This document shows positions 1 to 13,569 of a DNA stretch of 64,000 bases, in pieces (the stretch's first letter is position 1; each line of letters begins with the position of its first letter). Location of the stretch: assembly GCA_964188305.1 (NCBI GenBank), contig OZ076892.1, one strand, 5' to 3'. The position numbers and the translations under genes are program-made. The notes under the pieces were generated by a model. It did no database searches. It was not told the DNA's origin and worked only from the letters and a program-made list of their open reading frames with translations. Source of the DNA: Podarcis bocagei (taxonomy: Eukaryota).

Positions 1-1817
1 TATATTGTTATATACAGTATGTACAGGGATACAAGTTTTCATAATGTATTTTTGGGGGTCTCCGGGGAAATTTTAAGAAGAAAACTTAATAGAAGAAGAA
101 AAAGAAAGATCTGTTCATTCTTGTAATTGCTTATAAATTGTAGCTCCCAGGCAAGTACAGTACTTCACGAATTTTCCTTAATTATAATAGTTGAAGTAAA
201 GAGAGAGTGAGTGCTAACATTGTCTTGATCTTGTTTATCCTCTTAGTCAACTTTGACATATTTGGTATATTGAAGTGAATTCATTGCAGGCTGTAGCTAG
301 CATATTGTAGCTCTCCTATATTCTAAATTGCTTACAGGGTGTGTTAAGAATGATTACATTTGAGAGGTCTATAGATCTTGCCTCTGCTGTTTTGGTTGAA
401 TCTAGTTTGTAACTGAGTTGTATTGTCCTGGATTTCTCTGGGGTGAATAAATACTTAAGGACAATTGGGATCAGTTTTCTATCCCACATAGATTCCTTAC
501 TTTCTATTTGAAGTAGACTCATTGAAATTAATGGAACTAATATCAATTAATTTGAGTAGGTCTCCTCTGAGTAGAACTAGCATTGCCTGCAACCCCTTGT
601 TTCTTTAAAAAGTAAAAAGCCTAGCTGATGGAAATAGATAAAGAAACTTCCTTGTAAATATTGCAGGACGTTCAGGTGACCAAGAAACTTCTAAAACTCA
701 TCAGCCAAAAAAACAAACAACTGTTTTGGGAGATGCATGGTATAAGGTTCACTGACTTAAGTGCTAACCAACATCTTGTATCAGGATAAACTCCATCCAG
801 AGTGTTAACTTCAGATTATGAGCTGTTATTCTGTTGCAGCAAAAACAGACTCCCATGGTACCTTAAAGATTTAGCAGATTTATTTATGAAAGCTTATGCA
901 ATAATAAATTTATTAGTCTTAAAGTGCTACAGGTCTATTCTTTTTCTGACCTGTTCCTGCAATTCCTCCAAGCTTGCTGGTGCTTTTATTTCTTTGCATA
1001 TTTCTTTGCATATTTCTTTGCATTTGCTTTTCACAAACAACAGTCAAAAATTAATTCCACAGCAAATAGTAGTTCTTGTAACACTATGGTTGATTTTTTA
1101 AAAAATATAATAGTTTTAAAGATAAATACTAAAGCTATACCACTGTATCCATGGTCATCATTAGCCAGCTAAAAGTCTTGACATAACAGGAAAGTTACAT
1201 TGATAGACTTGTTAACGTAGGCTGTGTTTACTACAGAACAGGAGACTGTAACCTGGCAAGGACTGAGCAGTAGTAAATGCTATTAATAGGCATCTGTGCT
1301 GAGAAGCACAAATTGCAGAATCTGGTGAGGACCTATGGTTGTATCCAACTAAATCCTACTCAGGAGCACACCCATTGAAATTAATGAACCTAAATTTGTT
1401 GTGCCAATTAACTTCAAGGATCTACTCTGAGTAGCATTGGATACCTGTCCTGGTCTTTATGAGAATTTTCGCCTCTCTTCTGTTCCAGCATCCATAGTGG
1501 TGAAGGAAAAACTGGTGTGCTGGAATTGCTAGAGAGCAAAAGGGTCTTGGGTAGGGTTCTAGTGGTTGCTTAATAGATGCTTTCAAGTGGCACTGGGCTT
1601 CTTGTTCTCTCAAGTTTAAAACTGGCAAATGAAATCCCTCTGAGAGTTGCTGTCTGGCTGTTCCGTTATTAGCCCAACCCAAAGGCAAAACAGTGGTTTG
1701 GAGAAAAGCATTTGTGGCTTTGTAGGGGCCAAATATGAACATATTTGTTGTTCATAGGGGGAGCAGACTTGGGCTTTTAGTGGCCTCACTTCACTGAACA
1801 GGGCTCTAGCATATAAC

Positions 1818-2172
1818 TAGAGACCATATAACGAGACCATATAACCCCAGTCCTGAAAGATCTACAGTATGCCTGAAGGAGCGTCTCTGCCCAGACACTG
1901 AGGTCCAGTGGGCCTTCTGGTGATTCCCTCGCTGAAAGAAGTGAGGTTACAGGGAACCAGACAGAGGGCCTTCTCAGTAGTGGTGCCCGCCCTGTGGAAC
2001 GCCCTCCCATCAGATGTGAAGGAAATAAGCAGCTATCCTATCTTTAAAAGACATCTGAAGGCAGCCCTGTTTAGGGATGTTTTTAATGTTTGATGTTTTA
2101 TTGTGTTTTTAATATTCTGTTGGGAGCTGCCCAGAGTGGCTGGGAAAACCCAGCCAGATGGGTGGTGTATAA

Positions 2173-2211
<39 letters not shown>
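1818..2211 (+). mobile_element. 5'-truncated L2-type LINE 3' end with (ATT)n tail
   Basis: Encodes HITPVLKDL...RAFSVVVPALWNALP...FKRHLKAALF, the ORF2 C-terminus of L2-like LINEs. Confidence 0.85.
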
Positions 2212-2949
2212 GCACATAAGCCATGCTGCTTCTCCATTTCCCTCTTACTTTGTTTCCATTTTTTATCCCAGCTGTTATTGCTAGATTTTTTTTTTACAGA
2301 ATTTAAAATGATTTTTCAAACAATTGGCTTCTATACACAGTAGCAGTGAAGACTCAGTTGTAATACTAGGTAGGGTACTTCCAATATTCACAGCTGAGTA
2401 AAAATAATTGTGCATGGTGCAGAGAAGAACTATAAAAATGTGTCAAGGGCTAGGAATTTCTAGAATGAAAATTTTGAGGTTGTTAGTCTGTTCAGCATAT
2501 CATAAGATGGGGTAAAGGTTAATCCCCTTAGGTTTTAAAAGCTTCCATTGATGTACTGCTTTTCTTCTGCGCCTTTTCATGTGCCTAGTATGTATTTGGT
2601 TGGAACAGTATAGCACATTCCAGTGTTAGCTTTGTTTGTTCCAACTAACACTCTTGAGTAAACATTCAAGTATCTGTAAAAACTTTATACATACTAGGGT
2701 GTGTTAATAGTAAATCATGTCTTCCTACATAAGCACAGTAAGAAAGTTAAGTTTCTGCATGATAACTTGGGTTTGTTGGCTTGAAAATAATGGATTCAGT
2801 GCTTTCAAATTACTAATGAATTCAAGATATAAGAATGGAGATCCTGACTTTCTGGCAGTAAGAGCTGTTTGACAGTGGAACAGACTCATACGAGAGGTGG
2901 TGGACTCCCTTTGGATGGCCATCTGTCATATACAATATGATACAAAACT

Positions 2950-3280
2950 GCCTCGGTCCTGTATACCTGAAGGAGCGTCTCCACCCCCATCGTTCAGCCT
3001 GGACATTGAGATGCAGCGCCGAGGGCCTTCTGGCTGTTCCCTCATTGTGAGAAGTGAGGTTACAGAGAACCAGACAGAGAGCCTTCTCGGTAGTGGCGCC
3101 CACCCTGTGGAACACCCTCCCTTCAGATGTGAAGGAAATAAGCAGCTATCCTATCTTTAAAAGACATCTGAAGGCAGCCCTGTTTAGGGAAGTTTTTAAT
3201 ATTTAATGCTGTACTGTTTTTAACATTTGATAGGGAGCCACCCAGAGTGGCTGGGGAGACTCAGCCAGATGGGTGGGGTA
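2950..3280 (+). mobile_element. Second copy of the same L2-type 3' fragment, sitting among CR1 remnants
   Basis: Closely similar to 1870-2170; CR1-like sequence at ~2840-2920 and ~3281-3322. Confidence 0.85.
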
Positions 3281-3587
3281 TGGCCCTCGGAGACCCTTCT
3301 AGCTCTACAATTCTGTGATTCTAAAATTGGTTTAACATCTACTTACATCAAAGCTCTCATAGTTGGTGTGATGGGCATTCATGCAGGCAGCAATTTGTCA
3401 TTAGTTTTGAGCCAGCTGTATTGCTTTCCATTAATACAGAGGAAGGAAATTACCTCCTGAATACCTTAATCTTGTTCAGAATGGTTTGCTTACTTTTGAA
3501 CTTAGGCCTTGTTTTTCTACAGTATGGCCTTCATAGAAATCAAAATTACAGATGAAGTTCATAATAAGAATGAGAGAAGGTATATTT

Positions 3588-3691
3588 CAGGTGTGGGGAA
3601 CCTTTGGCCCTCCAAATGTTGCTGAACTTGATGGGGCTGATGGGAGTTGTAGTTCAGTAATATTTGGAGGACCAAAGGCTCCCCATTCCTG
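3588..3691. mobile_element. Palindromic hAT-like MITE with ~41-bp imperfect inverted arms
   Basis: Left arm CAGGTGTGGGGAACCTTTGGCCCTCCAAATGTTGCTGAACT; right arm (rc) CAGGAATGGGGAGCCTTTGGTCCTCCAAATATTACTGAACT. Related remnants at ~33690, ~41145, ~48540 and ~63150. Confidence 0.7.
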
Positions 3692-6521
3692 GAATTGGTG
3701 AATCAGATGAGAGTATGCTTGTACGAACAGCATGCATTTCTTGGCTCTGAAGTTCTGCTTCTGTTTCCAAACCAAGTAGAGGGGTCAAGTTCAGAAGGAG
3801 AATTTACATGTAATTCAATACTGTAATGGCAAAAGGAAGAAGGGATAGTGCTAGAAACTCAGATATTAACTGGGCACCAAATGGCACCTTAAATGTAGGT
3901 TGCAGTCACCACAACGGAATGTCTGCTTGACGGGGTTGGACTAGATGACCCTTGGTGTCCCTTCCAGCGCTACAAATCTACGATTCTATGATCTCAACTA
4001 CATTGCTTGCTCTTACAACAATTCATTTATCCCAGTATGCGAGAAGGAGAAACTCACTGTGGAAATGGAAATGGTATTAACAATGGACTAAGGCAGAGGT
4101 TTTTAACTGTGGTTTATGAGTTCCATTTGGGTGGAATGGCTGTAGCATAGTCAAATACATCTGTACTCAGAACTGTACTTATTTCGCTTGATGTGATGGT
4201 GGAGGACTGTGTGCGAGTCAGCTGGCTCGATGGATATGTCAATCACCAACCTGGCACCCAGAAATCTCCACGTAGTCGCAATTGGACCCGCACCAATAGC
4301 AAAACACACATTAAGGGAGACCTCTGTGGTATGTTCCAAAAGAAATGAATAGGAAAACAGACATTTTGGTAGCGGTGATAGGAGGAAGAAAGCTGCCTAG
4401 TTATCAAGATGATAAAAGCAGCAAAAGTTGGTCAACAAGATACTACATTGCTATATTGTATATAATTAGTTCAAAACATGTTTTTATAATTACTTTTAAA
4501 ATGTTGAAATAATGTTTAAGAAAATCAGCATATTTTATTCAAGTATACAAAAATATATATGTAAAGTTGTATTTTAGGGACGATTATGTTATTAGGGGAA
4601 ATATTTAAACAATATTGATTAGAATCCAGAGAATATTTTAACCATGAAAAATGCCTAGAAGGCATTTTGACTACTTTCGACATTTTCCTCCATTTCAAAA
4701 GAGTGGTTTGCTCTATAGCATGGTAGCCTTCTGACAGAGAAGCAGGAGCCCACAGCCATATTGGTTGCATGTGCTCAGTTGTGCAATTCTTTGCATTCTG
4801 ACTGTTGTGTTTTGCTCTGATGGCTATCTGACTTGCTCTACTGTTCTCAGAAAAAGAGATGTGTACAGATTATGTTGACCAGATGGTAGATATTTGGCTT
4901 TTACTTAAAGGGATGGAATCCTTCTAAACCCTTTCAGCAATTGAAGATATATATGATGTGAAAAATATGATTTAAGGAGGGGAAAGTGCTCCTCTAGTTT
5001 CAGATATAACAAAGCCCATTTGGAAAGTATGCTAGCTAAGGTGACAATCAATTCAGATTCACTGGTGTTGCTTGATAGTTGGAAGTTCTGATATTCTCTC
5101 TTCTTAGAACAAGGTCCTATACCTAGAAGCTGATGTGCTTATTTCAGCAAGCAGTACAGTAGTAAGATGCTAGAATGATTATGTGTAGAATGCTGGCAGT
5201 TATTCTTGGCTGTCATAATCTTTTAGAAAGCTAATGCGCATCAGGCATGCAACTGGTATGTTTTCCAGTGCAGTTACCAGTCATGTTGAGACCCAAGCTT
5301 GAAGTGGACAAGAATGTTGTATCTTTGCAGGGCAGAAACTGTTGGCAGAATAAATGTTCCAAAACAATTGCCGTCAGCATTCCGAAGCAAAAATCAGCAA
5401 AGATTCCTGGGCAAAAAGATGTGACGATTCTGCCAATTTTATATATTTATTTAACAAAATTTCTATACTGCTTGATTGTAAATAGAACCTCTAAGTGATT
5501 TACAAACAACAACAACAACAACAAACATTAAAATTGGCAATAAAATATTTATTTAGAACTAAACACCTGAACTATTGGCTGTTGACATACACCTTGTGGC
5601 ACGAAGTACTTTCTTAACATTAATCTTGGAATTAGGTAATTATTGTCCACAAGGGATCCACAAATCGTGACTTGGCTAAGGAGCCAGCCATTATTTGTAG
5701 CTACTTCTACACCCCTCCCTTGAGTACTCCAGTACGTGCTGAGGGCATGGGACAGAGGCATGGTCATACCTAATTTGTGTGGAGTTCAGGAAATATAAGA
5801 AACAGCTTCTCATCCTGCTTTTGCAAGAGGCTCCTTCTGTTTCTTACCCTGTTCAGAAACTGCAGTAGAAATGAGATCTCCATGATAGGGATCTGTGTCA
5901 TACCAGATGCTTTATTTGTCAGAGTGTTGGGTGCCCTTAGCTCTGTCAAACTGCTGCGTTTTACCCCTGTTACTGGAATGCCTTCGCTAAGGAGGTACAC
6001 TAACATCATAACTACTGCCTGGTTTTATTGTATATTTTGGTGTGCTACAATATAAATACATCATTATTTATAGTTTTTTCTTCAATGGAATCATTTGGGT
6101 GAGTTGTGCATATAATGCTCTACATAAACTAAATAAATTAGGGCAGTATCTGACGAAGTAACTTAATTAAGACAATATCTTCTGGCTGTGCCAAAGAACT
6201 CCCCTCTCCTTTCCATGCACCTAAATCGGTTCTGGGAGGAGGGAGATTTGAGGAGAGTAGTGGGAAGTTCTGTTGAGCAACCAGATGTCATTGTGCTAAT
6301 GGAACTACTTTGTTTGATACTGCCTTCAGTGACCCAAATAAGGTAGAGATTTTTTTCTAAAGGGTAATCTGCAGTTATATATAATTGCATGCATATATAA
6401 AGTGGGTGTTGAATGCCCCATATTGCCTGTACAATCACTAAATGTAAGCTCTCATTGAGACTACTTCCCTAGATGAGCTGTAGTGGCTTTTAATTAGGGA
6501 TAAAAGCACTGTCCACTGATC

Positions 6522-6693
6522 CAGGGGCGAAAGTAGGCTTTACTTCCCTTCTTTACTTCCCTTGGGTCGAAGACCCAGTTTGGCAACTCCCCATACAAAC
6601 ACACACAGGCTGGGTGCCTCAATGATGCCCCTCTGGAAACTTCACCTGAGGCAAAAAACCTGGCTAGCACCCCCCCCCCCCCGCTAGGCTCTG
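6522..6693. mobile_element. Possible degenerate hAT MITE
   Basis: Flanked by the 8-bp direct repeat CACTGATC (6514-6521, 6694-6701) with CAG...CTG ends; TIR is weak. Confidence 0.4.
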
Positions 6694-8690
6694 CACTGAT
6701 CTACCCCCTTTCTTCCTCTGCTCACAGCCCTCCTTCCCAGCTGCACCAGGTTTCTTCTCTGTGCTGACAAGAACATTTGGACACCGGGTGTAAGCTGTGG
6801 TTGGTATGTAAGGCTGGGCAAAGTAGCCACAATTGTATTGCTGTGCCCTTTAAGGCAGGCCTTCTTTCCAACAGTGCCTGGCCATTTTCCTTGTTTGTGC
6901 GCTTGAGCTACTTTGAATTGTAAAGTCTGCTTGGAACCCTATCTTTGCCTTCTGCAAGCAAAGTGTTAACTTGTAACAACAAACGTATAGTATTGAAGTA
7001 AGCTATTCAACTTTGGGGGGCCCAAGTTGAAAGGTGGATTAGTTTTAAAGAGGTTGTTATATCACTGTTTAAAAAGAGATCTAAGTGGAGTTATTTTCTC
7101 TAAGTCACACACATTTTAATGGGGAAGATTTCTGTGCTTACACAAGGGCAGATTTGAGAATATTCTAGGGGGCTTTGGCAAGGAGATAATGCTCACATTC
7201 ATTCCCCTGCAAGGAGTAACATTTCACCTTGTTTGCATGCCTCAAGAGTTAGGGTTAGCAGAGTATCTTCTCACTCTGTACTACTAGTCATAGTGCCAAC
7301 TGCAGTTCAAAGGCTACAGCTGGATCTGTTGCCCATTGTTGCCTTGTGTGGGCTGCATTCCATTGCTTCCCTCCTGGATTTTAAAACCTGAATAAAGGGC
7401 CTGTCCTTGTATGGAAAGATATTATTAATGCTAAATGAGACTCCTTGGAGAAGGTAATGAAAACTAAATTGATGATTCATTCCAAATTTTAATCCAAGCC
7501 AGGAATGTGTTCAGGGGTTTGTAGCTTTCTTTTTCCTTTTGAGGTTGGATTTTACAATTCTGTGAAGTTACTCTGTGAACCCAGCTCAGGAGAACTTCAT
7601 TGGTATTTTGATTTGGGAGGCAGGCAGCATGGAATACCCTCCTCTTGGTCTCATGCAAATCTCCTCTCCTTGTGGTTGGTGTTTAGGAGCATTATTATCC
7701 AGGGTTGTTGGAGGCTAAAAACTTCCCATTTGTACAGTAATACAAAATCATGTAACAGATGATAAATGGACGTCTTTGGGTATCTGTTTTTTGTGATAGT
7801 TTATAATGTATAGTTGAGCAAAATGAATGAAAATTGTCAGAACTTAGTGATCTATGTAATTAAAAAAATGTTACAGTGCATTATCTGAATCAGAAAAGTG
7901 GATTGTCTGGATCAGAAACATATATTATCTCTGTTAAAGTAAATAAGTTGCTGTTTGGCATGAATATTGAAGACTGCTTTTATGAAAAAAAATGGATTTA
8001 TATGAAACAGAACATAGCAAAAAGGAAAATTGAGTCAGTTATAAGAGTTGAGTTGATTGTTAAGGGTCAAATTCTAACCATTCCGTATAAATGAAACTCA
8101 TTGTGCTGCTTACTGGAAAAATCTGAACAGGAACCAGCAAGGAGCTTGTGTCCTGCTTATATTTCCTTCCTAGACAATCTTTGTAATACTTTCCATATAG
8201 GTTTTGTTCCATTACTCTTGCACTACCCAATATTAGTCTTTAGTGTCTCAGAAATTTTATATAGTTTGGAGCAGGGATGCAAAGGGAGATGTGTGATAGT
8301 GTTCATGTACACACCAAAAGCTGGTTTGTGATTTGGCAGGGTACAGTTGGTGCTCTTCAGATGCTTGTCCAAAGCCTTAAAAACCATGTAAAATTTGGTG
8401 AATGCAATTGGTTGGCATACATTGCCATAATTGTGATGGAAAGTTAGTATCTATGGAATTTCTTACAAATGCCAAAGGTTTGATTTAGTCTTTTACTGAT
8501 ATCCTGTGTAATTGCTAGACTCTTTCAGTGCTTTTGGACTCTTATCTCTGGTACTGAGGTAATACAACCTTTTCTTTCTGTCATAGATTTGAGGCATACC
8601 AACATCATTTTTAGCATTCCTGGTATTTTGGTAGCAAAATATAGGGACATTTGTTTGTTTTCTTAAGACATCTTTTTTCTTTCTTTTTAG

Positions 8691-8816
8691 AATCTGTCTA
8701 TGACCTTCTCCCAAAGGAGCTGCAGTTACCACCTTCCAGAGAACTCTCTGTAGCATCCATGAGTCAAACAAGTGGTGGTGAGGCAGGTTCGCCCCCTCCG
8801 GGTGTAGTTGCTGCTG
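8691..8816 (+). CDS. NFAT5: NFAT5 coding exon ([42 protein letters not shown])
   Basis: Polypyrimidine tract with ttttag acceptor, GCTG|gtaagt donor, 126 nt. Peptide matches the NFAT5 N-terminus. Confidence 0.95.
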
Positions 8817-10650
8817 GTAAGTACTCCACTTGAGTAAAATTAAGGACCTAATGCATATTAATATTGTTGTCAGCATGAGCAGTGCTGGAAAAGTTTGCAG
8901 TCTTAAAAAAAACCCACAAGACTAACTTAGACTTAGAAGTAGGGGAAATTTTATTGCACATTTCCTCTTTTGCCCCTATGGTAGTGCTGGACTCCTCAGA
9001 TATATTATATTTTGATGTAGTAGTTGCCAGTTTAGAACTAAATGGGAGTGTTTGAATGGGCCAGAGAATGCTGCCTTGCAAACCAGGACAGAAATGAAAT
9101 CTGCAGCAGTGTTCTGGGTTTGTGGCTTCTACTTTCATTTCCCCACCACCACATGGCTTGATGAAACCATGAATGATTCAGCTACATGACTTTCTGTTTG
9201 GTCCTGAAAGTGTTTAGATGATGTGTGAAGGGATAGTTGATACCTGCTAAATGTAGGTATGTTTGAATCCAGTTACCAAAATATTTTTTAAACTTAAGTT
9301 ATCACCTACTCAGCCTTATACAGTTTGTTCTTTTAAAATAAAAGTCCTTTTGCTGGATCATTTTCTTCTGTTTAGGGGAATGATGACTGTTTTTGTTATG
9401 AAGGGGCAAACCTGAATTGGCAGTTGGCATTCAAATTCTTGTTCATCTGGAATGCCTCCAACTTTATAATACCCTCACTAATGGATGTGCTCCACGGTTT
9501 TCCTCTCATGGGCCGAGATTGCTTGACTGACCATGTAATATTTGTAATAGAACATCATGTGTCTGTCCTAGTCTAGCCTTCTCCATAAGGCTATTTTTTA
9601 TCAGAGCATAGCTGGACTAAGCAATGTGTTCAGTGCATTATTCAGTTTAGATAGGAGTGCCTTCTCTAGTATGTTCAACACTGAAAATGAGCCTCTTGGT
9701 TTGGTAGTACAAGGCTTAAGTCTAGGGTAAAACTTTACAGCACTGCTCAATGCTGATATATTTGAATACTTTCCCTAATGAAATCTGTGGATTTAATTGT
9801 GTATTGGGGAGATTGGTAATTAGATCCAAGACTACTTTAGTTAACAAATCATCCAGTGTAGCTTCATTCTGCACTTCAGAAGCTAATTCAGTCAAAAGAG
9901 AACAACAGTTGCAAAATATTTTGAAAACTGCTAGCACTTTAAATCCACAGAAATACTTTACTGTTGATTTTCATATTTTGAGATCATTTTCAAGCATCTG
10001 ATATAGTTGATGAGAAGAACTATGTGTCTGTTACTTCTAGGCATTAGTTGTCTGACAGTCAATCCACTTCCTTTCAAAAACTGAACCTATGGGAGTTCAT
10101 ATTAACAAAAACTAAAGAAAACTAGCATATTCCACAATATGGTATTTATATAGGGGACAATATTAATTGAATAAGAATACGTTTTCAATATTCTTTCTAT
10201 CTCTTTGCTAATAGTATTAAATGTTTAATTGATTAAATGTTCCTCTGACTTAAAAAACTTAAAAACTTAAATCCGAATAATTACAATTACTGTGGTCAGC
10301 ATCCTACAGTTTGTTCCGAAGGGGTGGTTCACACTTAAGTTTTCATCATAGAGACTGCCCCTAGATTTGTAGTTTTAAAGTTTTAAGTGAGTACACTTAG
10401 ACCAAAATTTAAAAAACAGTTATTTATATTGCAGCAGTGCTGAATGTAGATACAGTAGGCTCCAAATCCAGATAATTTATAGAGCGGACAATCAAATTGC
10501 TGTAAAGGCTAACTCAGAAATTGCAGCCTTAACATGCTGGGAAGAGAATCAGTCAAGTTAAGCAGAGATGGATACTGAAGAGAGACAGAGACAAAATAGC
10601 CATGATAACAATATGAAGTTTGCCAAGATTTCTTTTGAATTCACATGGTG

Positions 10651-10783
10651 CATACCCTCTTAACATTTCTCCAGTGAAAATAGGAATGCTGCATTCCATA
10701 ATGATAATTTTACTATTTATACCCCACACATCTTACTGGGTTGCCCCAGCTACTCCAGGCAGCTTTCTATATATATATGGAGT

Positions 10784-10851
<68 letters not shown>

Positions 10852-11066
10852 TATAATAAAACATAAAACATTTTAAAAAATCTTCCCTGTACAGGATTGC
10901 CTTCAGATGGCTCAGGAGTCAAGCAACTCCATACCCTACAACATTTCTCCAATGAAAATAGGGGTGTCCTAAGGAAAAGTGGGACATTCTGGGATCAAAT
11001 CAGAAACCGGGACAGCTTCTTTAAATCAGGGACGTCCCTGGAAAATAGGGACACTTGGAAGGTCTG
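10651..11066. mobile_element. Composite MITE containing an inverted L2 3' tail and (TA)n
   Basis: TIR CATACCCTCT / CAGACCTTCC (rc); flanking direct repeat CATGGTG; internal second copy of the left end at 10930. Confidence 0.75.
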
Positions 11067-11866
11067 CATGGTGGGTTTGCAGTTCTGCCACCCCCAATCA
11101 TTAAAAATATATTGAAGGAAACTACCTTGTGTGCAGGTAGGAGCAATATTAATCAAGCATGTCTGGAATCTTGGAAGTGAGAGTTCTGCTACTTCGGGAT
11201 ATTGGAGAAACTGAGGAGAAAGCCCTTAGAGGAGTAAAACCTTCAGCAAATACATGAACGCTTACAATAAATCTTGTTGAATAGGTCACTCAGCTTAAAG
11301 CCCACAGACCCTGCTGGTATGATAGTGTATCTCTTCTTTCTCAGCAGCATGTATCTGCCATTTGGGATTGACTCAGTACCATAGACCCAAACAGGATCCT
11401 TCTCCTCCGACATGGATAAGCTAAAGTCCCAGCTGAAACTTTGGGCCAGAGCATTCATGTGACTCTGCTCCTTTTCTACAGGCAAGGCAAAAGGAACAAA
11501 AATAATATATTGTAGTCATTGGCTAGTAGTTGAGTTTTAGGAAGACCTAGCATTGGGAAATTCTGGAATTCTAGAAAGCATTTATCATGGAGGGGCTAAT
11601 TCTTCCCAGGAGTTCTTCCCATATCAGAGTGTGGGCCACACACTCCTTTGAAGATGCAGGTTGACTTGGCTTTTACAGCTGGGTGTACTAAGCTTCCCCA
11701 AAACTGGATGCAGAGGTCATTCTGCTTGACCCTGAACCATGCCAGAGTTCTTTAAGATGTTACTTGTAGATGAAGAGGGGGACATAAATCAGCCACCACA
11801 TTAACATTCAGGGTATTGTGCTCTCTGTACAGAACTGTTGTGCCTGGCCTTCTCTTCTGTAGAAAT

Positions 11867-12010
11867 AATCATAGAATTGTAGAGTTGGAAGGGACCACAA
11901 GGGTCACCTAGTCCAATCTCCTGCAGTGCAGGAATCTTTTGCCCAACGTGGAGCTTGAACCCACAACCCTAAGATTAGGAGTCTCGTGCTCTACCGACTG
12001 AACCATCCCA
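11867..12010 (-). mobile_element. tRNA-derived SINE with CR1-type tail (Squam2-like)
   Basis: Minus strand has a tRNA head with A/B boxes and ends TTCCAACTCTACAATTCTATGATT. Confidence 0.75.
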
Positions 12011-13318
12011 ATTTTCAAAGAGCAATCTAGCTAGGGACTTTGGGAAGATGGGAGTTATGGCTGTGGGATTGTGGAGGGTTTTATGAGATTGAAATCACTT
12101 ATAAAATGGGACAAAGCATCACTTTCACTCATTCTAGTCCTTCCATCAGGCAGACAAGGATAGCTTCCAATCGGCCACATTGTCAAGTGGCTGGGAGGGG
12201 AAGGTGACCTTGGACAATCTAGAACTGCAGGAGCCCATTTTATGTCCGAAAAACAAAACTCCTTATTGTTTTGTGCAAATCTGTTGTATCTACTCTTATT
12301 TATCCTGAAGGGGCAGTTTTGTTCTTTTTTATAATCAGTAAGAATCCAAAAGCAACTCTTTTTAAAGCTGGTTGCAGTTTCTTCATGAAGACCCAAGCAA
12401 ATATTCTGTGTTTGGGCTACATGTAGAGCTCCCTCTCCTTTATTTAAGCTTTCTGACACAGTTGCCATTACTGGTGCCAATGACTAGATTAAGAGGAGAG
12501 AGCTGGTAAAAAATATTTTCCTCATTTAAGACTTTACTTCATTTGTTCTCTGCTTCCCTAGCCACAGGGTGACACAGTATCTGGCTGCAAATCAGATTGC
12601 CCCAGGTTTTTCTTTCAGTGCTTTGATCTGAGGTTCTGGGACACATAAGCAGGTTACATAAAGATTTTCTGCAGTTAACTTCAGATTTCTGGAGGAACAG
12701 GATTGGCTGATTTCAGGTATGAGGGCCTGCAGGAACAGACTGCTAGTTCTGCTATTAGTGTTTGGCTTCCAATTTTTAAATCAGTCTAAACCATTTTAAA
12801 ACTGAGTCTTGCTAATTGGTCTTTTAAGAGCACATTTGATTATTTTAACATAAAAGGTGTGTTTCATATTCATCAATCCAAACATGAGGTGGTTTCTTTG
12901 TAAATTAACCAGCTATGAATTCTTAATTTTAACATAGTTCTCAGCTTATTTCTGAACTTTCATGATGAACTATATATAGTTAAGCTGGGAAGAGTTGTCT
13001 ATCTTTTGAAGGCAGATACATCTTGATAACAACTCTGTGTGTGTGGAGAGAGAGTGAGAGAGAGCTTATCCTTTCTGTGCAGCCAGTTTATTTCTAAGTG
13101 TCTCTTGCCAGAAGGTGCAAACAGGTGTTTCTTAGCAGGATACAAGCATTTAATGTGAAATGCTGTGTTTGCTAAGTAGGAAGAAGCAGTGCTTCAGGAA
13201 TGGGTCTGAGAAATGACCTGTCTCAAATCTGTCGCTTTTTCACTCCAACACATATCTGCCAACCTCCATTTCACAGTTTGATATTAAACTTTATAGCATC
13301 ACAACAAATGTCTTAAAA

Positions 13319-13569
13319 CAGGGGTAAGCAAACGTTTTCAGCAGGGGGCTAGTCCACTGTCCCTCAGCCCTCATGGGGGGCCGGACTATATTTTGAAAAA
13401 AATATATGAATGAATTCCTATGCCCCACAAATAACCTAGAGATGCATTTTAAATAAAGGGACACATTCTATTCACGTAAAAACACGCTGATTCCTGGACT
13501 GTCCACTGGTTGGATTTAGAAGGTGATTGGGCTGGATCCGGCCCTTGGGTCTTAGTTTGCCTACCTCTG
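13319..13569. mobile_element. Non-autonomous hAT-Charlie element
   Basis: 8-bp TSD TCTTAAAA (13311-13318, 13570-13577); TIR CAGGGGTAAGCAAAC / CAGAGGTAGGCAAAC. Confidence 0.9.

Noticed and set aside
989-1024. 12-bp unit repeated three times (TTTCTTTGCATA)
   Set aside because: Ordinary slippage minisatellite with no further structure.
4150-4350. Mildly CpG-rich stretch with a short open frame
   Set aside because: No recognisable protein, splice signals or TE termini, so no call can be supported.
8886-8896. TonE/ORE-like TGGAAANNYNY suggesting NFAT5 autoregulation
   Set aside because: Such matches are expected by chance several times in 64 kb.
13165-13235. Faint resemblance to the recalled human NFAT5 alternative stop exon (GAAGCAG...AAATGACCTGT)
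   Set aside because: No convincing flanking splice sites; similarity is short and memory-based.
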